The translations under genes and the position numbers were made by a program. From Alkalispirochaeta sp. (GTDB lineage Bacteria; Spirochaetota; Spirochaetia; DSM-27196; Alkalispirochaetaceae), in NCBI GenBank assembly GCA_965242725.1, contig CBDESZ010000026.1, forward strand, positions 85,399 through 149,398: DNA of 64,000 nt, in the 5' to 3' direction. Below are positions 56,219 through 64,000 of this stretch, piece after piece. Each line of letters starts with the position of its first letter. Positions within the stretch are counted from its first letter, which is position 1. Under the pieces are notes generated by a model that was given only the letters and a program-made list of their open reading frames with translations, was not told the origin of the DNA and did no database searches.

Positions 56219-58008
56219 AGCGTCTCCTTCCAGACGATCGTCGTCCAGGGGGGTGCCGTCCCCTCCGTGAGCCAACGCCGGTCCGTGCGAGACGATACAA
56301 CGAGAAGGGGTTCCGACGCCGGGTGGCCGACGAGTGTCCGGCTCCGGTCGGCGAGGTTGAATGCAATCGTCCATCTGCCGTGCTGCGAGTTCCAGGAAAC
56401 GACCGGTATCGTCTCGCCGCCGCCGGCAGAGACGCCGGCCTTCATCGTCGGGAGGAGGGGCACCAACTCGGTCTTCCGCAGGGAGAGGAGTGAGCGATAC
56501 CCCGCCGTCCAGTGGTCGTCTCCCGTCGCCCCGATAATGCACGATGCGGCGGTCGCGGCGTCGACCGGATCGGGAATGTCGTCGAGATTGAACTCCCGTC
56601 GCCGGCCCGCCCGCACCGCCTCGGCGAGCTGATCGTCAAAGTCGCAAAAGAAGAGAAAGGGGCGCTGCTCATACAGTTCCTCCCCCATGAATATCAGCGG
56701 GATTTGAGGTGACAGCAGATGGACCGCCGTCGCCGCGAGTAGAGCCTCCCGGGACGTGAGGACGGTGAGGCGCTCGCCCCGCGCCCTGTTCCCGATCTGG
56801 TCGTGATTCTGCAGAAATGAGAGAAAACGGGTCGGCGAGAGGTGGGCGCTCGGTTGACCCCGTTTCCTGCCCGACGAGGGGGAGGGATCGCCCTGGTAGA
56901 CGTACCCCGTCGCCAGCGCCCGGGCGAGCTTCATCTCCGTGTCATCGCTGTAATCGCCGTAATATCCAAAGGTCTCTCCGGTTAAAAGGACGTGGAGGAC
57001 GTGATGAATGTCGTCGTTCCATTGCCCGTCGTACCGTTCCGGATGGTCGCTCCTCTCCCCCGGCATCTCCGGGACGAGAAAGGAAGCCTGATTCCGGTCG
57101 TTCTCCAGAACAAGGTGTATCTCCTTGCCCTCCGGCGCGTGGCGGCGGACTGCCAGAGCAATTTCATCGAGGATATGCGTTCCGCCGTTCTCGACGGACG
57201 GATCGTGAATGGCGTGTACGGCGTCAAGGCGCAATCCGTCGATACCGAACTCCCGTACCCAGTAGACCGCGTTCTCTACAAAGAACCGCCGCACTTCCGG
57301 CCGGGTAAAATCGATCGCCGGTCCCCAGGGGGTGTCTATGCTCTCGGAGAAAAATTCGGGCGCGTAGACGTGCAGGTAATTCCCGTCGGGACCGAAATGG
57401 TTATAGACAACGTCGAGCCACACTGCGATATCCGCCGTATGGGCTCGTTCCACCAGAGTCCTGAGCTCTTCCGGTGTACCATAGCTGCGGTCCGGAGCGT
57501 AGGGAAGGACTCCGTCGTACCCCCAGTTGCGCAAACCCGGAAAGTCCGCCACCGGCAGGAGTTCCACCGCCGTAACTCCCAGCTCCGCAAGGCGGGGGAG
57601 TTCATCGGTGACGCCGCGAAAGGTACCGGCGGGCGTAAATGTACCGGTATGCAGTTCATATACCACCGATTCCCACCACCGGCGGTTTCCCTGTTCCCTC
57701 CGGAGGGACGGCGGCGGGGATGACTGAGGGGTGAGCACGCTTTTGCCGTGAACATCCCCCTCCTGCATACGGGACGCCGGATCGGGTACCAGGAGATCGT
57801 CGTTAATCCGGAAGCCGTAGGTGACGCCGGGGCGATAGTGAAGGGTATCGGAATGGTACCATCCCCCTTCCATGGGCTCCATTGAATGAATTGAATCATC
57901 GACTTCAACCGCAACCTGCGCAGCGCCGGGAGCCCAGAGGCGAAAGATCACCCCCGATTCGGTGACGAGGGGACCAAAACGATAGTCCATGCGGTTGTGA
58001 CGGCTCAT
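56215..58008 (-). CDS. treZ: Malto-oligosyltrehalose trehalohydrolase
   Basis: RNWGYDGV, DVVYNHFGPDGNY, RLDAVHAI, QWNDD, QNHDQIGNRA. Confidence 0.95.
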   Translation of the reverse strand: MSRHNRMDYRFGPLVTESGVIFRLWAPGAAQVAVEVDDSIHSMEPMEGGWYHSDTLHYRPGVTYGFRINDDLLVPDPASRMQEGDVHGKSVLTPQSSPPPSLRREQGNRRWWESVVYELHTGTFTPAGTFRGVTDELPRLAELGVTAVELLPVADFPGLRNWGYDGVLPYAPDRSYGTPEELRTLVERAHTADIAVWLDVVYNHFGPDGNYLHVYAPEFFSESIDTPWGPAIDFTRPEVRRFFVENAVYWVREFGIDGLRLDAVHAIHDPSVENGGTHILDEIALAVRRHAPEGKEIHLVLENDRNQASFLVPEMPGERSDHPERYDGQWNDDIHHVLHVLLTGETFGYYGDYSDDTEMKLARALATGYVYQGDPSPSSGRKRGQPSAHLSPTRFLSFLQNHDQIGNRARGERLTVLTSREALLAATAVHLLSPQIPLIFMGEELYEQRPFLFFCDFDDQLAEAVRAGRRREFNLDDIPDPVDAATAASCIIGATGDDHWTAGYRSLLSLRKTELVPLLPTMKAGVSAGGGETIPVVSWNSQHGRWTIAFNLADRSRTLVGHPASEPLLVVSSRTDRRWLTEGTAPPWTTIVWKETL

Positions 58009-60125
58009 GCCCGCCCCCTTCTGTAGAGGGCAAAGCTGCGACCGTCAATGCTGATTTTCCCCTGACGCAACGTCGTCTTGCCGCTGGCGATTTCCAGATG
58101 CCACCGCTGGCCGGGAGGGGGTGGAGGAACGGTAAACCTGATTTTCCGGTGACCCGCCTGCATGAGGAGGAGGAACGTATCATCCGGCTCCTGCTCGCCT
58201 TTCTCGTTGAGAAAGCGGCTTCCCGCTTCTCCGCTGATGAGGACCTGCATGTTCCGCAGCTTGGGATTATGCCACTCCTCCTCGGTCATCGCGGTACCGC
58301 CTGCGGTCAGCCACGTGACATCCCTGATTTCCTCCGTACCGGGAATAATCTTTCCGTGAAAGAAACGGGACCGTCTGAATACGATGTGTTCCTTCCGCAG
58401 TCGTATGAGCCGTCTGGTGAACTGAAGGAGTCTCCGTCCTTCATGACTGTATCCCTCCCAGGGCATCCAGCTGAGGGGACTGTCCTGGCAGTAGGCGTTG
58501 TTGTTTCCCTGCTGCGTCCGGGCAATCTCGTCCCCGGCGGTGATCATGGGAACGCCCTGACTGAGCAGGAGGGTTCCCATAAAGTTGCGCATCTGCCGGA
58601 AGCGGAGCTCCCTGATGCGCTGGTCCTCGGTGGGTCCTTCCACGCCGCAGTTCCAGCTGATGTTGTGATCGTTCCCGTCCCGGTTGTCTTCACCGTTCGC
58701 TTCGTTGTGTTTGTGGTTGTAGCTCACCAGATCGTGGAGGGTGAAGCCGTCGTGGGCGGTGACAAAATTGATCGAAGCCCACGGTCGCCGTCCCTGCCGA
58801 TTGTACATATCGCTGGATCCCGAGATTCGGGAAGCGAGCTCCGGCAATTTCCCCTGGTCGCCTTTCCAGAAGCTCCGGACGGTGTCGCGGTACTTGTCGT
58901 TCCATTCACTCCATCCGGGAGGAAAACCGCCCACCTGATATCCGTCGGGACCGGTATCCCACGGTTCAGCGATGAGCTTGACCGATGACAGAACGGGATC
59001 CTGGGCGACGATATCAAAAAAACCGGCATTCCGCTCATACGTGCCGTCTACGCGCGCCAGTGTCGTTGCAAGGTCAAAACGAAAGCCGTCCACCTGCATC
59101 TCGTCGGACCAGTATCTCAGGGAGTCGGTGACCATCCGGAGGACCTGGGGATGCAGCAGCTCCAGACTGTTACCGGTACCGGTAAAATCTCGATAGTATC
59201 GGGGATTCTCGGGAAGGAGGTTGTAGTACGACGCGTTGTCGATACCCCGGAAGGAGAAGGTCGGACCGAGATGGTTGCCCTCGGCAGTATGGTTGTAAAC
59301 GACGTCCAGGAGCACTTCTATGCCTGCATCGTGCATCACCTGAACGAATATCTTGAAATCCTCAATGCGTCCGTCGGCGAGATACTCATTGTCGGGGGCA
59401 AAGAAACCGATTGAATTGTATCCCCAGAAGTTGGTGAGACCCCGATCAACGAGTTGACGGTCCCGCGCAAAGGCATGGACAGGGAGGAGCTCAATGGCGG
59501 TGACGCCGAGGTCCTGCACATAGGATACGATCTCCGGTCGGGAGAGGCCGCTGAAGGTGCCCCGTACCGTTGACGGTATGCCGGGGTGCATCATCGTATA
59601 TCCCCGGGGATGCAGCTCGTATATGATGCTCTGGTCCAGAGGAATTTCCGGCTTCGGATTCCGTCCCCAGGTGAATGCATCATCGACGACGCGACATTTG
59701 GGCATATACGGCGCGGAGTCCCGTGTATCAAAGGAGAGGTCTTCCTCTTCACTGCCGACGACATAGGAAAAGAGCGCGTCGTTCCATTTCACCTCGCCCG
59801 CCAGGCTGCGCGCATAGGGATCTATCAGCAGCTTGTGGTTGTTGAATCGGTGACCGTCCTGCGGCCGGTAAGGTCCGTCAACGCGGTATCCGTAGAGCTG
59901 GCCGGGTCTGACGTCGGGCAGGTAGCCGTGCCAAATCTCATTTGTGTACTCCGGCAGGGGGATCCGCGCGGTTTCCCGGTTTCCCGATTCATCAAAGAGG
60001 CAGAGTGTCACCCCTTCGGCGTGTTGGGAGAAGAGTGCAAAGTTGACTCCGCTCCCATCCCATGTGGCTCCCAGGGGGTAGGGCCGACCGGGCCATACAC
60101 GAAAGTGCGCGTTCGCGGTGTTCAT
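58005..60125 (-). CDS. glgX: Glycogen debranching enzyme (GlgX/TreX)
   Basis: PYPLGATWDG, NFWGYN, DVVYNHTAEG, GFRFDLA, AEPWD, AHDGFTL, GNNNAYCQD. Confidence 0.96.
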   Translation of the reverse strand: MNTANAHFRVWPGRPYPLGATWDGSGVNFALFSQHAEGVTLCLFDESGNRETARIPLPEYTNEIWHGYLPDVRPGQLYGYRVDGPYRPQDGHRFNNHKLLIDPYARSLAGEVKWNDALFSYVVGSEEEDLSFDTRDSAPYMPKCRVVDDAFTWGRNPKPEIPLDQSIIYELHPRGYTMMHPGIPSTVRGTFSGLSRPEIVSYVQDLGVTAIELLPVHAFARDRQLVDRGLTNFWGYNSIGFFAPDNEYLADGRIEDFKIFVQVMHDAGIEVLLDVVYNHTAEGNHLGPTFSFRGIDNASYYNLLPENPRYYRDFTGTGNSLELLHPQVLRMVTDSLRYWSDEMQVDGFRFDLATTLARVDGTYERNAGFFDIVAQDPVLSSVKLIAEPWDTGPDGYQVGGFPPGWSEWNDKYRDTVRSFWKGDQGKLPELASRISGSSDMYNRQGRRPWASINFVTAHDGFTLHDLVSYNHKHNEANGEDNRDGNDHNISWNCGVEGPTEDQRIRELRFRQMRNFMGTLLLSQGVPMITAGDEIARTQQGNNNAYCQDSPLSWMPWEGYSHEGRRLLQFTRRLIRLRKEHIVFRRSRFFHGKIIPGTEEIRDVTWLTAGGTAMTEEEWHNPKLRNMQVLISGEAGSRFLNEKGEQEPDDTFLLLMQAGHRKIRFTVPPPPPGQRWHLEIASGKTTLRQGKISIDGRSFALYRRGRA

Positions 60126-60151
60126 CCTTCAAGGGTATGACACCTGCCCGT

Positions 60152-61837
60152 TCATGGCAACGGCGTCTTTTTTTTCACCAATTCATGAAACGCCGCCGCC
60201 GGTACCGGTCTGGCAAAGTAAAACCCCTGCATGAAGTCGATGGGCAGATTTTTCACCAGGTCAAATTGACTGTGGTCGCCGACGCCCTCTATGACCACCC
60301 GTTTTCCCCGCGACCGGATGGTGTTGATGATTCCCTTGAGATATTCGATGTCTTCCTCGTTTTCTCCGAGTTCGGCGATGAAATCCTTGTCAATTTTCAC
60401 CGTCGAAACGGGAAGGTGTTTGAGGTAACTCAAAGAGGACTGACCCGTCCCGAAGTCATCGATCCAGATGTCCACGCCCATGCGATTGAGCTCATCCATG
60501 GCCGCCTGGGAATACTCATGGTTTTCTATCGTCCTGCTCTCCGTCAGCTCCAGTTTCAGTTTACCCGGATCGGTCAGACCGGCATCCCGTATCGCCTGGC
60601 CGACAACGACGGGCAGGCTTGAATCGGTGATGTTTATGGCACTGATATTCATCGTGACAAAGAGGTCTTCGTCGGCCGTCCATGCAACGATGGACCGGGC
60701 GGCGTTGTACAGCGCGAGTTTATCGATGGGACCGATGAGTCTGCTGTCCTCTGCAATGCCTATGAACGATGCGGGACCAAGGAGCCCACGTTCCGGGTGG
60801 TTCCACCGCATCAACGCCTCGGCACCGCGGATGACACCGTCCCTGTCGACGATGGGCTGATAGTACAGTTCCAGTTCATTCCGTTCAAATGCGCGCTGCA
60901 GACCCGTTCGCAGGTGGAGCCGTTCCGAAGCGGAGCGGTGCGTCTCTTCGTTATAGTGCAGAACCGGCAGGGCGAGGCGTTCAGCTTCGACAACGGCTGA
61001 ATTTGCACAATTGAAGAGGTCGTCAACCTCCGTCGCGTCCGTGGGGTAGAGGGATATACCGATGTGGCAATCCGGCGCGAGATCGAGTCCCCTGAAACGG
61101 TAGGGAACGGTGACGGCGGAATGGATCTTTTCCGCGACGATCAATGCGTCAAGCGGCGTTGCAAGCTCAGGGAGGAGTACCACCAGATTGGTACCTTCCC
61201 ATCGGAATACGTAATCGCTTTTCCGTATGGTATCGCGGATACGAATGCCCGTATTTTCAAGCAGGAGATCGCCGACGGTGTGCCCATGCATTTGATTTAT
61301 CTGTTTGAAATTCCGAAGCATCACGAAAAGCATCGCCATCGTCGGCGTACCCCGATCGGCACGCTTCATTTCACGGTCGGTAACCACCTTGATGGAACGG
61401 CGGTTGAGCAGCCCTGTTACGGGATCCTGAAACTCATAGCGACCGGACCTGCCGTCGAGGAGATCCTCCTGCTGAGCCGAAGATGCGGTGACAATGACAA
61501 AGAGAATCTCCTGCCGGCGGTCGCCCTCCAGGCCGCTTGCCAGGGGCGTACAGGTTATCTGTTCCGTCCAGTCCCGGCGATTCAGGATTCCGCCACCGGT
61601 GATGTCAACCTGTTCACCCTGAAAGGCCTGATCGATGCCTTCAAGAAGGTCCGCCAGGGATTCGGGGTCACACAGCTCGATGAGCTTCGGCTCGCCGTCG
61701 ATGGTTTCGGGTATCTCCATGTGATGGAGAAACCGGGAGTTTGCGTATACGACACGTCGTTCCGAATTGACGATGATCACCGACTCCGAAACGGTATCCA
61801 GTGCGGATTGAAGTAACGTATGGTCCATTAGTCTCAT
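60152..61837 (-). CDS. PAS - degenerate GGDEF - EAL protein (probable c-di-GMP phosphodiesterase)
   Basis: GGDEF position reads EGTNL; EAL, ELTE, DDFGTG, KID, EGV, QG intact. Confidence 0.88.
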   Translation of the reverse strand: MRLMDHTLLQSALDTVSESVIIVNSERRVVYANSRFLHHMEIPETIDGEPKLIELCDPESLADLLEGIDQAFQGEQVDITGGGILNRRDWTEQITCTPLASGLEGDRRQEILFVIVTASSAQQEDLLDGRSGRYEFQDPVTGLLNRRSIKVVTDREMKRADRGTPTMAMLFVMLRNFKQINQMHGHTVGDLLLENTGIRIRDTIRKSDYVFRWEGTNLVVLLPELATPLDALIVAEKIHSAVTVPYRFRGLDLAPDCHIGISLYPTDATEVDDLFNCANSAVVEAERLALPVLHYNEETHRSASERLHLRTGLQRAFERNELELYYQPIVDRDGVIRGAEALMRWNHPERGLLGPASFIGIAEDSRLIGPIDKLALYNAARSIVAWTADEDLFVTMNISAINITDSSLPVVVGQAIRDAGLTDPGKLKLELTESRTIENHEYSQAAMDELNRMGVDIWIDDFGTGQSSLSYLKHLPVSTVKIDKDFIAELGENEEDIEYLKGIINTIRSRGKRVVIEGVGDHSQFDLVKNLPIDFMQGFYFARPVPAAAFHELVKKKTPLP

Positions 61838-61882
61838 AATACTATAAAAATCCCAACGCTACAGAGAACGGACGACAATCTC

Positions 61883-62701
61883 TCAGCGGGGCAGCACTCC
61901 GGCAATGGACGGAATGGTATAAGTCGGCAGATTCTCCAACGGTTGGCGCGCCAATGTCTCCGCCGTCGTCTCTCCCGTGAGCACCAGTGCCGTATCCACT
62001 CCCGCGTCAATACCCATTCTGATCTCCGTGTAGAGCCGGTCGCCGACAATGAGGGATTTGGACAGCTCAATTCCGAGGGCGGTGGCGATCGTCCGTACCA
62101 TGACGGGACTCGGTTTTCCGCAGTTTATACGCAGCCGTTCCCCCGTCGTCGATTCCAGTGCCGCAATGACCGCACCGGCGTCAACCTCACCCCGTCCCTC
62201 AGGAAAGGGGCAGAAGAGGTCGGGATTGGTGGCGATCATGTAGGCGCGCTTGTGGTACCAGATCGCTTCAAACGCCGTCTGTAGTTTTTTCCAGTGCAGA
62301 TCCCTGTCGTACGATGCGATGACGATGTCGATTTTCCGCGGATCGTCGGAAATGGCGATACCCGCTTCCCGGAGCGCCCGGACGAGAGGTTCTTCCGCGA
62401 TGGGATAGACCGTCGCGTCCGGTGCGTTCTGGAGAATCCACTGTGTGGTTGTGAATACGGTGGTGATCACCTCCTCGGGCCGGACTGAAATGCCGAGTCC
62501 GCTGAGTTTGTCCACATACATTTCGCGGTCACGGGTGGGATTATTGGAGAGAAATACCCGTGGTATTCCTTCCTGGGAGATTCTGTCGGTAACCTCCCGG
62601 GCGCCCGGCAGCAGAGTGTCTCCCAGGTAGACGGTGCCGTCGAGGTCGAGGATATACGCATCGTACCATTTCGGGATGGTGTCGTGTGGTCTTGTGCTCA
62701 T
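61883..62701 (-). CDS. HAD-IIA family hydrolase (NagD-like)
   Basis: DLDGTVY, SNN, GKPS, GDRLYTEI, LVLTG. Confidence 0.9.
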   Translation of the reverse strand: MSTRPHDTIPKWYDAYILDLDGTVYLGDTLLPGAREVTDRISQEGIPRVFLSNNPTRDREMYVDKLSGLGISVRPEEVITTVFTTTQWILQNAPDATVYPIAEEPLVRALREAGIAISDDPRKIDIVIASYDRDLHWKKLQTAFEAIWYHKRAYMIATNPDLFCPFPEGRGEVDAGAVIAALESTTGERLRINCGKPSPVMVRTIATALGIELSKSLIVGDRLYTEIRMGIDAGVDTALVLTGETTAETLARQPLENLPTYTIPSIAGVLPR

Positions 62702-62777
62702 CGGCGGTATCTTACCTGAAATACCGCCGCCGGTGCACGACGTTGTGAAGCGGATGATTTTTCATATACTCATTACC

Positions 62778-63650
62778 GTGACCCGAGAATTTCTCCGCGC
62801 ATTGGACGTATGGATTCCGACCATTTCATCGAGTGCCGAACTCTCCCACGTGCCGGACATCCTCGCCCGCAGAGGCGGGGAGTTCTGTGCAACTGCGAGA
62901 ATCGATGCACAGACGGTAGCGGCCGTATGCCGTCACGGCTTCATCCCCATGGGGCTCGCCCATCCGGTGGCGCCGCTCCTGCTCATAAAGCTCCACAAAC
63001 AGCGATGTGTTCTCCGGTTTGATGATGTCCATGTCAGCCGTAACGCCCGTCGATATGCCCGGGGCCTGACGATGACCATTGACCGCGATTTTGAGGGTAC
63101 CATTCGGACGCTCATGGCGCACTATGACGACCGGTGGCTCATACCGGAGCTTGTGGAGTCGCTGATCCAGCTTCACCGTACTCCCCTGGACGGCGTTCAT
63201 CCCCATTCAGTGGAGGTCTATCATCAGGGTCGTCTGGTTGCCGGCGAGATCGGGTATTCCCACGGCGCGGTATACACAAGCCTGTCGGGATTTCACCTGA
63301 AAAACGGTGCCGGTACGGTGCAGCTTCTGACGCTGGCGCATATCCTGCGGGAGTCTGGGTACGCATTCTGGGATCTCGGTATGGAAGGGGAGTACAAGCG
63401 CCGCCTCGGAGCGACACTCCTGAAGCGGGAAGAATTTCTTTCCCTTTATCACTCCTGTACGCTGGACGGGTCCTCTCCCTGGTTGAGGGAGGGAAGGGAC
63501 GCCCGTTCCGGCGGGACTCCGCGACCGGAAAGGTCGCAATTTTCAGATGGCACGATATGCGAGGGAAATGAGCCGCATTTCCTTCCCACCGGCCCCTGGG
63601 ATTGCGGGGAGATTATCCGTATGCAGTGGAACGGAGAAAACCGCCGGTAA
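62778..63650 (+). CDS. aat: Leucyl/phenylalanyl-tRNA--protein transferase family
   Basis: HSVEVY..GRLVAGEIG..GAVYTSLSGF, GAGTVQL, WDLG; start uncertain (62754 or 62778). Confidence 0.8.
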   Translation: MTREFLRALDVWIPTISSSAELSHVPDILARRGGEFCATARIDAQTVAAVCRHGFIPMGLAHPVAPLLLIKLHKQRCVLRFDDVHVSRNARRYARGLTMTIDRDFEGTIRTLMAHYDDRWLIPELVESLIQLHRTPLDGVHPHSVEVYHQGRLVAGEIGYSHGAVYTSLSGFHLKNGAGTVQLLTLAHILRESGYAFWDLGMEGEYKRRLGATLLKREEFLSLYHSCTLDGSSPWLREGRDARSGGTPRPERSQFSDGTICEGNEPHFLPTGPWDCGEIIRMQWNGENRR

Positions 63651-63690
63651 GAACGCTGTCGGTACGGTAAAAATTGGATACACTGTACCC

Positions 63691-64000
63691 ATGAAATCCA
63701 TCGGCGACGAAAAGACGGGGCAGGCGGACCTCGAGTTCATCGAGCACCTCTATGCGGTGCACCATAAAGAGCGCACATGCTTTCCTTCGCGTCCCGGGGC
63801 GGAAGCGTTTCTTGAGCGCGTCCTGGGCATACTCTTTCCCCACCACACCCTGGAAACTGAATACCGGAGCCGCGCCGAACTGATCGGGGCGTTGGCACGG
63901 CTGCAACGTGATCTGGAAAACCTGCTCAGCCCCCTCAAAGAGCAGATGCCTCGTGACGCCTCCGAAATCGCCGAGACCTTTATCCGGAGCCTCCCTGCGG
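63691..64000 (+). CDS. Probable serine O-acetyltransferase N-terminus (runs off the window)
   Basis: Open frame MKSIGDEK...FPSRPGAEAFLERVLGILFP...AETFIRSLPA resembles EpsC-type CysE N-termini; catalytic domain not visible. Confidence 0.55.
   Translation, partial: MKSIGDEKTGQADLEFIEHLYAVHHKERTCFPSRPGAEAFLERVLGILFPHHTLETEYRSRAELIGALARLQRDLENLLSPLKEQMPRDASEIAETFIRSLPA

Noticed and set aside
56219..56542. N-terminal extension of the 1079-aa TreY ORF
   Set aside because: Overlaps treZ in another frame; ATG 56218 has an RBS and overlaps the treZ stop
1..64000. CRISPR arrays, tRNA/rRNA, transposases, integrases, defence islands
   Set aside because: No regularly spaced repeats, RNA-gene signatures or mobile-element motifs seen; the DUF1998 helicase is paired with an MrfB-like nuclease, not with DISARM or Druantia genes

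Overview
A 64 kb GC-rich chromosomal segment from a free-living spirochete (Spirochaetaceae-like, judged from FlaB core flagellins, FlaA sheath proteins, a PlzA-type PilZ protein and Treponema-like gene order). I see no rRNA, tRNA, CRISPR array, prophage or IS element. Gene content: thiol/redox genes (CoA-disulfide reductase-rhodanese, Fur/PerR-family regulator, trxB), an orphan cheB, glycogen/trehalose genes (glgC, glgA, glgX-treZ-treY), an MrfA/MrfB-type repair pair, late flagellar genes (flgN-flgK-flgL-fliW-csrA; flaB-flaB-flaG-fliD; two flaA), tsaE/tsaB, infC-rpmI-rplT-zapB-zapA, transporters, a membrane-anchored NDH-2 plus polyprenyl synthase behind a Rex-type operator, a carboxy(nor)spermidine operon, tex, srkA and others. 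Best leads: (1) an Ndh2/DmkB-like module resembling the flavin-based extracellular electron transfer locus, with a candidate flavinylation motif; (2) a hypothetical protein with PI3K/HipA-like kinase motifs, head-to-head with srkA; (3) two face-to-face sigma28 promoters upstream of flaB; (4) GGA-loop hairpins (CsrA-type sites) in three consecutive flagellar leaders; (5) a recurring leaderless promoter layout; (6) an uncalled 43-aa membrane sORF; (7) a shared PerR-like box upstream of two thiol reductases. Four single-base indels look like assembly errors. All calls come from reading motifs by eye; no database search was run.
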